The notes under the pieces were generated by a model. That model had not been told where the DNA came from and did no database searches. It saw only the letters and a list, made by a program, of their open reading frames with translations. A DNA stretch of 62,947 nt, the filler included, from Basidiobolus ranarum (lineage: Eukaryota), in assembly GCA_040143965.1 (NCBI GenBank). It is 5 parts of 5 records of this genome, joined end to end, with 100 filler letters (N's around TTAATTAATTAA, not from the genome) between each part and the next. Parts side by side here need not be neighbours in the genome. Positions count along the whole stretch, not along the records: positions 50,464 to 62,947 come from JASJQH010000540.1; 4 more parts are not named here. One strand, 5' to 3'. The translations under genes and the position numbers were made by a program. Below, one piece after another: positions 51,666 to 62,947 of this stretch. Numbering within the stretch: the first letter of the stretch is position 1; the number at the start of each line of letters is the position of its first letter.

Positions 51666-51968
51666 GATGCTCTAGCGAATACAAGTTGGAATAACCATTC
51701 AAGTAAAATATATATTTGCTGATAATGTCAAGTTCTACGCGATATTTGAAGGCAAACCTTTGAAAGGATTTATTTCCGAAATCACATTTATACCAATCAT
51801 TATACTTAGCCTTAGAGAGTTTACTGCGGTTTGAAGCCAATTGGTTGATTTAGTCAATTTTCATTTGTAAAGATAAATAGATCAGGTTGTCATAACAAAC
51901 AATCATACAAAGCATGCGTAGAAGTACTGATACTATTTGTGACGGATTACGATTGTTTCTTAACATCA

Positions 51969-52488
51969 ATGATTTTTCCACCGCTGCAACCTTCTCTTTT
52001 CCCTAGAGCCACTATCCCTCGCTCCCTTAGAAAATCGGAACTCTCTGAACTTGATGAATTAGAATTAGCCCAAGAAGAATACGAAAAGCAGGTACATTTC
52101 ATCCTCTTACTAGTTGAAAAACCATGGACTTATCCTAGATTTGCAGTTAGATGAAGTAAGATGTGCTGGACATTGGTATAACCCAATAGGATTTCAACCT
52201 GTCTCCGAGGAAGAGGAAGAAGAGGAGGAAGAAGAAGAGTTTGAAAATGATGAGGTAAGTGTTGACTGGTGATTTCTTGGGCTAACGGAAAGAATTATGA
52301 ATCTCAATTAAACCTATAATTCACAATAATAGGAAGAATATGAAGAGACTGAATTCCAGAATTCCGAAGAATTTGAACAAAGTTTCGGAGAGATGTCCGG
52401 CATTCAACAGCCTGAATACTATGACTCCGATATAGAGGAAATGGAAGAGATGGAAGATGAAGAAATGGACATGGACGATCTTGAATAA
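51969..52488 (+). CDS. APC15: Anaphase-promoting complex subunit 15-like
   Basis: Three exons (51969-52091, 52147-52254, 52333-52488): PSLFPR near the N-terminus, a helix, NPIG, then a long Glu/Asp/Met-rich tail, the same layout as animal ANAPC15 (PSLFPR...VPIG...acidic). Confidence 0.7.
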
Positions 52489-52965
52489 CTCCTATCTGAA
52501 AAGCATCTCTGGCGTATTCTGGCGTCTAAACAATTATGGTGGGCGTTGATGTACAGGAATACCTTGTTGACAAGTACTTGCATATTATCATTCACAAATA
52601 TAGACTTCGTAATTTAATAAAACCGGTACATTCAATTTTTAGTACAATTCTAGGTATCTTCTTTCGATAAATCTAAGTCAAACTAAATGTGACTATTTTT
52701 TGCTTTACCGAAACGGAGATTCTCTTCTGCCTACTAACCGACTAATATATACACCTTCACAAGGCTCCTAATATTATATCCTTGTAGTGAGTAAGTATCG
52801 AACTACAATATTGGATTATTTCTTGGCAGATATAGCCAAACTGATTATGGATGATGCGGCATCAAGAGAGATGAGATACAGCTTCGTTCAATCATATGCA
52901 TTATAAAATAAGCGCGACATCCTACGAGGGTTAAGAATTAAATGCTTTTTAACTTTAATACTAAA

Positions 52966-54110
52966 TTATTTGTACACATCGGTATTTCTGAAACTCGAAT
53001 TATCTTTGAGAGCATCATTGTGAGTTTTGTATTCCATAATGGTATCACCGGGGAGGTTGAGCACTCGCTTCAGGGTATCCCTAAATTTCTTGTGATTAGG
53101 AACAATGGTGACATATAAACGCAATTTAACAAGCTCTATCTACCTGATTTTTAGGTTGATTCGGCCCTCCTCAGCTGAACGATTCCACACAGAGAGGATA
53201 TCTTCAGAATGGCGAATGGAAAGGACAGCACCACAGATCTCAGAGCCTACGTCAAACTGATCACCAATAACCGCTAGAACCTAGAGAGGTGTTAGCAATC
53301 AAGGAATGCTTCGTTACAATTAACAATCGCCATTACCAAGCTTTCCCAGTATCGTGAAGCTAAACCTTTTTTCAAACGTACGATCCATTTCCCGCCATTG
53401 ATGTTTATATCGTCCTTTGATAAGAATACAAATGAGTCCCAAAGTCGCGAAAGTAAATGACAAATGAATCAACATACCTCCCAAACTGGGCGAACGCCTT
53501 GTTTGAATAAATGATAGTCACTAATGGTCGGTAACTCATGTGGTCTACGCAAATGAGAGTAAACGGCCCAAAAGTCTTCAATCTTGACGGATAAAATTGG
53601 ATTTAATATAAGGTGCTTAAGTCGGTCCAGAAACAAATGACACTTACCGATGAAAAGGCTGCTATCTTTTTCATGGCGCTTTCATAGTTGAGAATTTTCT
53701 GCCCAGGTTGTCTATGCATGAACCAAAATACCCAAGTATAGTGTAAAGGATGTATTCCGGAAGCAGGCTGACTAGCAACACTTGCTGGTGTAACAGAGCC
53801 TGAAGACGAGGCTAAAGAGCCGGTGGTGCTTGGCGCCGTCACGACGGCAGTGCTGCCTCCATTGGGCGCCAGAATGTTGGCTGTGTTGAGACTGGAATTA
53901 GAACGTTGTAGTTGAATGAGTTTAGAACCGGTTGTAGAAAGAATCGATGAGTTCGAGGCTGTGCTACCCGAACGGGAAGGTCTATTGGTAAAAAAAGATT
54001 GAGTACAAGAACTGGCGGAAAATTATAGATGTGTGTTGAGGATTTCCCTCCTCTCAAGATCGTTAGCATACATACTGTTTTCTCAATGTATTAACAGTAG
54101 TTGACTCCAT
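52966..54110 (-). CDS. EIF4E2: Class II eIF4E (4EHP / eIF4E2-like cap-binding protein)
   Basis: HPLHYTWVFW...NYE (Tyr at the Trp56 position), EDFWAVYSHL, PVWE|DD, GGKWIVRLKKGLASRYWE, EICGAVLS and IR|DTLKRVLNLP...MEYKTH. Confidence 0.9.
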
Positions 54111-54764
54111 GCCACTTAGATAGGATTAACTTTCTTTCGTAGTTATATGTATAGAAAGTAGGGAAATATTTTTTAATAAAAATGAAGAAATAACTCTAGT
54201 ATTTTACAGATCAGGCGTTAAGCAACAATACGCGAAAACGTGTTCGAAAGTGGTGAGTGACAATAGAAAAGATATTGCTTTTAACGCTATAAGACGCAAG
54301 TATAAATAAAGACAAGTATAATCAATGAAACGATCTTTTTGCAAACCATTATTGAACTTCCCTAACTAATAGTAAGATTCAATTCAATACGTCACTATAG
54401 TGTAGTGTTTTTTTTCTGGTTTTTTTTCTCTGAGTAGTTAGTGTGTTTAAAGTCATTTCAGTGTGGTGATGGACTAAATGTTACTTAAGTCACATGATTG
54501 CATGGATTAAGTTAGGAAGTCAGAGTCTGTTATGATTTTGTCAATGATTAATGGCATCCAATTACTGCCAATAAACTATTACACCAATGATTGAAACCCC
54601 TTATTGATGCAGTGCGGATTGAATGATTGAATGCACTGGAATGCCTCCCTATGATATTGATCGGTGTATTAGCTCAGTGACACTTGACTTTGATTATTCT
54701 TTGTTCCCTTAAGTGTTACAGGAAACTTTCCAATATCGTTCTTGCTGATTTTGTATAGGCAACA

Positions 54765-57356
54765 ATGGACCGCCGTAAGGAAGAATTAGAGAAAAAGCGT
54801 TTGAAGCTAGCGGAATTAAGACGTGCTAGAGAGGAGAGACAACAAGCATTATTGGTTTCTCAAAATAAGGACCGAGAGGTAATATCAAGCCCCTTTTTAC
54901 ATAAACTCGAATGCTTTTCAGAAAAATAATTCCTCATCTATGAGTTCAGGGCGTTAAAGACCGTAGAGATATCGATGATCTGGTAGCTTCTCTTGTCGGT
55001 GATAGAGCATCTCAACATTCTCCCACCGGTCTATCCTCACCAGAGCCAATCGACAATATTTCCGATGTTGGTGGTAGCGTTTCTCCCACAAATACTGCCG
55101 CAACTTCTCCTACACAAACCTTTATGCCAAGGTATTTTTATAATATTGTATATACTATACAAAATATAGTTTTCTTACTATTATAGCAGCGCCGGTCAGC
55201 CACGTTTTATCCCTGAATTTACCTCTGTGGAAACTGTGATTTGGGACCTTCCTCCTAAGGTATTCTAGGATGTAGTCAAATAGATAAATTTCTTATATTC
55301 TAATCGAGCTCTTAAGGAACGTGTTATTTATAACAAAGAAGTCCAAACCACCGAATGTTCCTTTGATAAACCCGAGGTATCCGAAGAAGAAATTAGAGAG
55401 CGAATTCAAGCCGAGCGTGAAAAAGACGAAAAAGCTAGAATGGTCGCCCTTGAGGAGGAGCGTACGAAGCAGCAGAAGGAAGCAGAAATTGCTTCCATTG
55501 TCCGTGGTAGGTCCTGAATCTGAATCGGTTTACATATAATATCGTCGATATTGAATTAGAATTGGCAAAATAGAACTATCAGATGAAGAGAAAAAGGCAA
55601 TCGTTTCCTCAAATGAATTTGTGGACTTTATTGATCAATCCTCGAAACTCATTGAGAGAGCACTCAATGAGAAATACGATTTTATGATCGATTATACTCT
55701 GGGACATGACGGTGATGGGTAAGAATTGTCAATGACCTAGATGTGGCGAGCGATTTTTATTTATAATTCTTTTGCTTAGCGACGAGTCTTCAGGAAACCG
55801 TGTTAAATTCCTTTGCTCATTTTATGATGATAAATGGTCGAAGAGTCGCTCCATTACTGATGTAGCTTGGTCACCTAAGGTAATTTATTCTCCCTATTTT
55901 GTTTAGTATTTTTGTCTCAATATCTGAATATTCTTTAGTACCCGGAGCTGTTGGCGACATCATACAACAAAAATATGACCTCAGTGAATGAGCCGGATGG
56001 CGTAGTACTAGTATGGAATTTACATTTGATGGATCGCCCAGAATTCGTATTCCATACTCAGGTAGGTTGTTCATCCAGGAATTCGTAGATGCTTTGTGCT
56101 GATTTTACATCTTTAATGTATTAGTCAGATGTTATGAAGACCATGTTTTCACCATTCCATCCAAACTTAATTATCGGAGGTACATATTCGGGACAAATTG
56201 TTCTCTGGGACACTCGTGCCAAATCCCTTCCAGTATTGAAAACCCCCTTATCTGCCGTTGGTCACACTCACCCTGTGTATTCAATGACTATGGTCGGAAC
56301 TCAAAATGCTCACAACTTGATCAGTGCCAGTACCGACGGCACTGTTTGTTCCTGGCAACTTGATATGCTTGCCCAACCTCAGGTGAGTCTTCTCTGTTAA
56401 ATTAGCTATAGTGCCTCCGTTTATTTACCCGCTTATGAAATACAGGAAACCCTTGAACTTTTGCATCCTTCTCATAACAAAACCGACGAAATCTCTGTCA
56501 CAACTGTCGGTTTCCCAGATAATGAAACGACCGCATTTTGGGTTGGTACTGAAGAAGGCAACGTGTACCAGGCGAACCGTTACGACCGTGCCGGAAGGTA
56601 TTGGATTTCTATCGTTTTATCGAATCGAAGTTAGGATAGTCGTTGTTAATCTTATGACCCTCTGGAATATAGCAAGGCCGGTATCAATCAGTTTGATACA
56701 TATAAAGGGCATAATGGAGTGATCACCGGACTCCATTTCCATCCCTTAGTTGGGCCTATCGACTTCTCGGATCTATTCTTGACTTGCTCAGTAGATTGGA
56801 CAATTAAACTATGGAAAGCCAAGGTTAGTTTCCTTAAAATTCTCAATTACTTAGCATAACTATGGTCTAATGTTGATTCCCTATGAAGTCTGTCACTAAA
56901 GCGCCTACAGCACCAAGACAAATCTCGCCATTGTATTCATTTGAGGAAGCCAGTGATTATGTCTATGATGTTAAGTGGTCGCCATCGCATCCAGCAGTGT
57001 TTGCAGCTGTTGATGCTAGTGGACACTTTGATTTGTGGAATCTCAACTCGGATACTGAAGTAAGATATTTATCTAATATACCTTTCCCCACTCCTCTTGA
57101 TTCTAATCTCTTGTCTCAGGTACCTACTGTAAGAACCGTTGTTGGATCTGGAAGAGGACTTAACAAGATTGAATGGGATAAAGAGGGTCGTAAAACTGCC
57201 ATTGGCTCCTCCGATGGACATTTGTACGTGTATGATATTGGAGATATGGCTGTACCACGCCCAGATGAGTGGAATACATTCCAAAAAACTGTGTCAGAAA
57301 TGACCGCCTCTTCACCCCAAACCGGAGATGGTAGTAAATCCTTGGTTGGTCGTTAA
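54765..57356 (+). CDS. PAC11: Cytoplasmic dynein intermediate chain
   Basis: [25 protein letters not shown] coil, YNKEVQT (LC8 site), IERALNE, and WD40 repeats ([33 protein letters not shown]). Confidence 0.95.
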
Positions 57357-57694
57357 ACCACTTAATGAACATCTACCTAAGCACTTTCTCCAGAAACATT
57401 CCTTCTTGTATTAATTAATGCGGAAAAGCAACGCAACATTCCTTCGTAATCAATCCTTAAGAACCCCCCTCCCAAACAGTCATAACTAACCTGGATTAAC
57501 ATATATAATGTCGTTTTATGAATGAATTCCCAATAAATCCCCACGAATCACGATACGAAAGGCTTTATTGATTGTACTAGGTAAAGTAGGTGAAATAGAT
57601 TCCCATTCATTTAAAATACATGAATAAGTTATACACAAGTTAGAGAGATCGAAAGAATCTGTAGGAAAGTAAGTATCAAACCAAGTAAAAAGAT

Positions 57695-58514
57695 CTATGA
57701 TTTTGTTTGTTTAAACGAAGCTAGAGAAAGTTCTTTCTCAATATTATTGAATATGTTCACAGTGGACTGAAGTGAATCGATCAAAATCTCTAAACGAGTT
57801 CCATCAAAACTCTCTTCCTGTAAAATTTAAAATCTCGTTAAAAAGATTATCGAAAGGATGATACCGTTGTGATAATTTTACCTCGCGAAGTTGATTAAGC
57901 TCTTCACCAAATCCTTCAGTAAGCTTGGTAAGATAGAAGTCTTTGAAGTGGTCTTCAGCGGTACTTTCTAGCTGACTCTGGGCCTGTTCAATATCCATAT
58001 TATCCTGAAAATCAACCTCTAATTAGTCACACTAGTAAAAGCAAAAAAAGATTGACTTTCTTGTGACAACATACCAGCGACGATTCTACAATATTAAGTC
58101 GATTGAAGCTTTTTGAGGTGTCCAAATTCAACCGATTAATGGTTTTCCAAAGTCCAAATTCCACAAACTGCTTTGATAGAGGAAGTTCAGAATTAACTTG
58201 GATGTCCTTTGATGAAAGAAAAATCCCATGTACGTTAATATCTACATTGAGTATTTGGGTGGTCGATAAACAATGTCCTCTTTTACCTTCAAAACGATAT
58301 CGGTAAGTAGGTCGGGTTCTTCATTCGAAGTATTGGATATCTTCTTGAATAGATTGACCGATTGTGTAATTGAGGTAAGTACATCAAGCTGAAGTTTGGG
58401 GATTTCTTCAAGTAGAGTATCTTTAGAGGCATTCTTGTCCAAAGATATATCACTATCGATGATATTCGATAACAAAGTCTCCAATTCACCTAGAACTTCC
58501 TTTAAATCTTCCAT
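57695..58514 (-). CDS. RSA3: RSA3-domain (ribosome assembly protein 3-like) protein
   Basis: C-terminal FKDFYLTKLTEGFGEELNQLRE|EESFDGTRLEILIDSLQSTVNIF fits the RSA3 consensus; four exons joined by GT-AG introns. Confidence 0.7.
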
Positions 58515-58654
58515 ATCTAGTGTTTACCGAAAAGTGGTGTAGAAGATTTTTCATTCACGAAATTCATAGCCATACAAATAAACAGACCCGTTTTTTTTCC
58601 ATTTTTCCATTTCATTCTTGATGATAAACGCTAGTATTCTCAGATGAATTATTT

Positions 58655-59702
58655 TCATTTGGTAAATTTATTGATGTTAATTTTATGAAATGATTCTTTT
58701 TCTTTTGTAATAACAAAGCTTAATCTGCGCTCGTGTATGACAGGGAAGTATTCATTTCGTGATAAATGGATACTTGGAAATATTTTCGTCTATAATTAAA
58801 GTTACATTAATTCTTGCGCCTTACCTCAAGATTTCTCGCTTCATCAGCTTTTCTTGTTAGATAAGCCTAAATAAAAGTTAATCAAATGCAACCGTTCTAA
58901 AATGTAGTAGTATCACTTACAGCAGTTCCTTTTAGATGTTTTTTGTGCTCCTCTATACTTTTTTGAGCACGTTCTAAGGGTATACCAGCTCCAACTCTAT
59001 GAAACAATAACTTCGGCTCCTTTGTTTTCGAAGGGTTTTTCATAGAAGAACCTAAGGAAGGATTTCGAGCTTCGGCCATATGAGTAGTTTGGAGATCTTT
59101 TGAAGTAATGTTGAGTAATCTAAGAGTTTCATAATATAGTAAAATACTCTCGATATATTTGGATGATACTTACTTGATAGTTTGCTTTTCACCTTTTCTA
59201 ACTCTACTTTAACTTCGGCTTTGGGCCTTTTTACGGATACATTCTCTTCAACATCCCCTTGACCTCTACCATAAAGAGGAAAAGGTTCACCAGAAAGGAT
59301 CTTCTCCGATATAAAAGGCTCGATTAAAGTTGGGTTTTTTGTTGATTTTCTTTTGCGGATATAAGGTCGAACTTCGGGTACTGGTTCAGTGGTAGAAGGT
59401 GGAAGAAGTTGAGAGAGTTGAGGTTCGTAATCAAAATCTAGATTTCAGTTGGATATGAAGTTATTAGTGGTACTATATAAGAGAGTTTTTTGGTCATTAA
59501 TACCTGGTTCAGTTGTAGATTCCACTGGATTTACGTGTTTTGTGTAGTATTGTGAAGTTTGTTGTGGATGAGTATATGTAGGAATATTTTGAGACCAAGA
59601 ACCACTTGAAGATCCCGAAGCTCCAGGTGGTAAAGGCTCAGAGTTTACATACCAGGTTTGTGTATATGGATCCCAATAATGCTCTGGATAATGTGAGTTC
59701 AT
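58655..59702 (-). CDS. Hypothetical multi-exon protein (WDPYTQTWY motif, Pro/Ser-rich, basic segments); splice junctions partly uncertain
   Basis: ORFs 59445-59702 and 58897-59079 plus an open middle exon and short 3' exons bounded by GT/AG; one junction needs a GTATCA donor to keep the frame. Confidence 0.55.
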
Positions 59703-60199
59703 GTTAGGTTGGTGGTGATTTCTTGGCTACTCTTTACAAACTAGGGGTTAGGGTACTCTTTACAAACTAATGCTTAAACACTTTGAGTTAAGTGAATAAA
59801 AAGAAGCTTTGTTTTTTGTTTAACTTGGATTTGCCACATAAAGCAATCTTGTAAGTAACTGAGCGTATTTGACCACAGTGTTACCCTGATAAACAAATCA
59901 CCTGATTCTGGGGGCCTAACAAATCGGTACAGCTCATGGTTGAATAGCCTATCAATGTAAGCTCAGATAATCTTAATATGTTGTGTAATAAATAGTGTAT
60001 ACCATAAAAGGAAAATTAATAGAAGATATGTTTGTGGCACTACGTGTGAGTTACCATTAAGATTTATTTTTTCCAAGGAAATATGCAATTAAGAATGAGT
60101 GTTTTGCCAGTGAGGGCTAGGGAATACACTTAGCTAGGGAATACAATCGGATACTACTGACAAATATGAAAGGATAGGGCAAACTATGACAGCTAAGAT

Positions 60200-60448
60200 T
60201 TATAATCTGTCTCTAGTGTAAGATTTGGCAAATTCCCTGTTCACAGCGAACATCTTGATATTGGTATCTTGATCAATATGCTTCCAAGGATAAGGGTTGC
60301 CCTTTCTATCCCAAACGACTTGGGAGCCACGGGCGAGACGGGTGACATACCAGGCGGCACCACCAACGGCAACACCAAGAATACCAACGATGGGAAGTAC
60401 TTCCACGCTGTACCAGTTTTTCATGAAGTTTCCTGCTCTAGCGGCCAT
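60200..60448 (-). CDS. NDUFA4: NDUFA4/COXFA4 (B12D/MLRQ family) small mitochondrial membrane protein
   Basis: EVLPIVGILGVAVGGAAWYVTRLAR TM segment followed by VVWDRKGNPYPW; 82 aa. Confidence 0.88.
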   Translation of the reverse strand: MAARAGNFMKNWYSVEVLPIVGILGVAVGGAAWYVTRLARGSQVVWDRKGNPYPWKHIDQDTNIKMFAVNREFAKSYTRDRL

Positions 60449-62893
60449 TGTTAGTATTGGTGTGAAATGGAAAGGTGAGGTTCTTGGGTGGCGATGCCAT
60501 GGTTATTTATACTTTGGAGTTACGGAAGCATTCACCAGTTACATGCCCCAGGAACAAATCATTCCACTTACAAGTCTCACATTACTTCCGAGTCCAAGCC
60601 GAGCAGATGTTGGGGAAAAAGAAGAAATAAATATATAGATGCTTACATCAACCATCCTCTACATCCGCTTGGCTCCTATCTACAATACTCTACAATAGGT
60701 GTCTAATTTAGTTGGTCAATTACCTCACTTGGAAGAACGATCTGAGATTAATCTTGCTTTTGTCAAAGATTAGTCACCGAAGGTGCAATCCATGTGCCAG
60801 TAGGAACCGTTTGTTCCCATTTAGCAATTGGGGTGATTCTTTGGATTTTTGGGGCGTCACAACACTAAGTGCGAAACCGGTTAAACAGAAATTCAGAGTA
60901 ATTTACGTAATTTATTGTCTCGGACTGGGGAAGTTCAAAAGGATTCATGTCAACGATAATCGCATGGAAGTTCCCAACTTCGGAAGTGAAAAAAAGCGCA
61001 TTTGGATGTTACACGTGGATGGCATTGGAAGGTTATTCGTCAAAACTAAGAATAGTTCAACATCGTATCAATAGCAGTAAATTACGACCTTAAATGACCT
61101 ATCGATGATGAAATAGATTGGATGCACCTCCTTGATTTGAGTACAATCAGATGCTCAGGGCATGTCACTTGATTGCTTTGCTGAAGTGCTGCGCTTTTGC
61201 TCTCGAGAAGCCTTCTATTTGGCCAAGTAACCAATAAAACCTGTATTTAAGTAATATTTAATATGGCAAAACTGTACAGAGACATATTAATCCCCAATTC
61301 TAGTATCACTGCCAATTGTTGGTAGTTAAACAACTTTATTTTCATATTCTGATGTCGAAGAAGTAGGTTGTATGAAGGACAACGGCAGATAATGCTATCT
61401 ACATCCAACCAGTGACTATAGGAGTTCCCACGCAGATAGAGCAGTCAATTCCGAAGATATCCAACCACTTTTCAGTGTAATCACGCCAACAACTGGGTAA
61501 TATCCAACGAACCTTAAGAAGCATATCCATATATATAATAATGTATATATTAATTACATGCGTGTAGTAACTCCGTAAGTGTTCTACATTTTGGACTTGT
61601 AGCGAAAGACAAAACGAAGTCATCCAACAAATAAAGAGCAGTATAAGCCGCCCAACAAATAAAGACCACTCGGCTGGTACTACATTCCAATCATGATTAT
61701 GATAACCCTTCGTTTTCTTTTGTCTCAAGAGTTGGTATCGATAAAGACTTGGTATCGGTACCATTGTGTTTGTTATATTATCCATTTTTAATTCCGAAAT
61801 CTCTGAAAAAGCTTAGAACGTTAATACCTATGAAGGTAGGGATTGTTATAACATGTTCTCCATAATCCATTAGGACATGGGCTTAACTTGATATTTAAAA
61901 CATCCACCATAGAACTTCGTAGAAAGCCTGTCATGTAATTATATAAACTTGGAAATATGCTGACAAGACTATGTCCGAACATACTGGGAAACAGTAGTTG
62001 TGGCTACCAAATTAGTGGGTTCCGTTGCTATTCTTGCTGTAGCACTAGTGATGCTATTGTATATATTGTTTAGTTAAACAAATTGAAGTCTTTTCTTTCA
62101 CATAGCTGATGGGATGACAGTTCAGGATCACAGTTCAGATTCCTTAGCTGTTAGATTAATAAGTACCAGTCATGGGTTATAGTAGACAATATGGATTCAG
62201 ATTTAAGTTACATCATTGCAGCCTCTTTGATACGAACACTGTACCCTTAGTAGTCATAGGTATTTCCGATCTCCCGCTATCATTTAAGGCTTAGTTTGCA
62301 ATTGTAATATCTCAATAACCACACTATTGATCAAGTTGAAAACTCATTTTGGTATTAGTGATTCGGTTTGGAACCAATTTTTTGGCCTGCAATGTTACCT
62401 AGAAAATAACAATCCCGAAATAATCCTTTACAAGAGTAGAAATTCCAGAGTTTGTGAAGATATTTATTCTCTAAAGGCAACTGAGTAATTCAAGACAGTG
62501 GTTGTTAATACATGGGTGTTAAGGACCTAAATATTAGTAAATCTACTTCCAAATTTAATATCTATTTACTATATCCGTCAGATTTACAAACTCACTCAAA
62601 ACCCCTCAACATCCTCACAAAATTTTTGTAGTACTATACAAATGCTATTGCTATTTTTCTTGATTTTCAGAACAACTTATAAAATAGAAATAGCTAATGT
62701 ATATATGATGCCATAATTACCTGCCCTGTTTTGTGATTGAAAGTACAGATTACAAGGTAGTTTATTAATGAAGTGTTTCCATACTTAGAAAAGTGAATCA
62801 GGCTCAAGTGTCAGTACTAGAGTAATATGGTCAGTAATTCAAATCTCAGATGTTTATATAAATATGGGTAGCCCAACTTGAACATGCCCTAAA

Positions 62894-62947
62894 TATTGAA
62901 AATACCATAGCCTAAACATCTATATAGCTGTATATTGCTTAGTACTT
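62894..62947 (+). mobile_element. Start of another LTR-family copy at the contig end
   Basis: tattgaaaataccatagcctaaacatctatatagctgtatattgcttagtactt aligns with the LTR 5' end tgttgaaattagcattgcctaagcacctatatagttgtatatagcttagtactt. Confidence 0.75.

Noticed and set aside
60712-62400. ORFs 60712-61074 and 61399-61785
   Set aside because: No recognisable domains, atypical composition and no coherent exon structure.

Overview
Eukaryotic, intron-rich, AT-rich DNA from what looks like an early-diverging fungus (Basidiobolus/Mucoromycota-like; inferred from gene content and short GT-AG introns). The window is not one locus. It is five contigs (12,525, 12,521, 12,516, 12,501 and 12,484 bp) in descending length order, joined by artificial 100-nt N44-TTAATTAATTAA-N44 linkers. 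Contig 1: GH31 alpha-glucosidase, GT31 galactosyltransferase, a chitin deacetylase with an in-frame TAG, and a solo-LTR cluster. Contig 2: glutaredoxin-like gene, TRP/FLC membrane protein and RAV1. Contig 3: C2H2 factor, a gene-free stretch, and a decayed CpG-depleted Ty1/copia element with PPT and 3' LTR. Contig 4: auxin-efflux-family carrier, ArfGAP, calmodulin, a PH protein and an Asp/Ser-rich surface protein. Contig 5: FIT/SCS3, APC15, eIF4E2, dynein intermediate chain, RSA3-like, a hypothetical gene and NDUFA4/B12D. The most notable item is a truncated ORF at 44552-44947 resembling the N-terminus of fungal Fanzor1 (eukaryotic TnpB-like RNA-guided nuclease), with a duplicated left end upstream and a 50-nt hairpin downstream. 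All family assignments are from motif recognition, not database searches.
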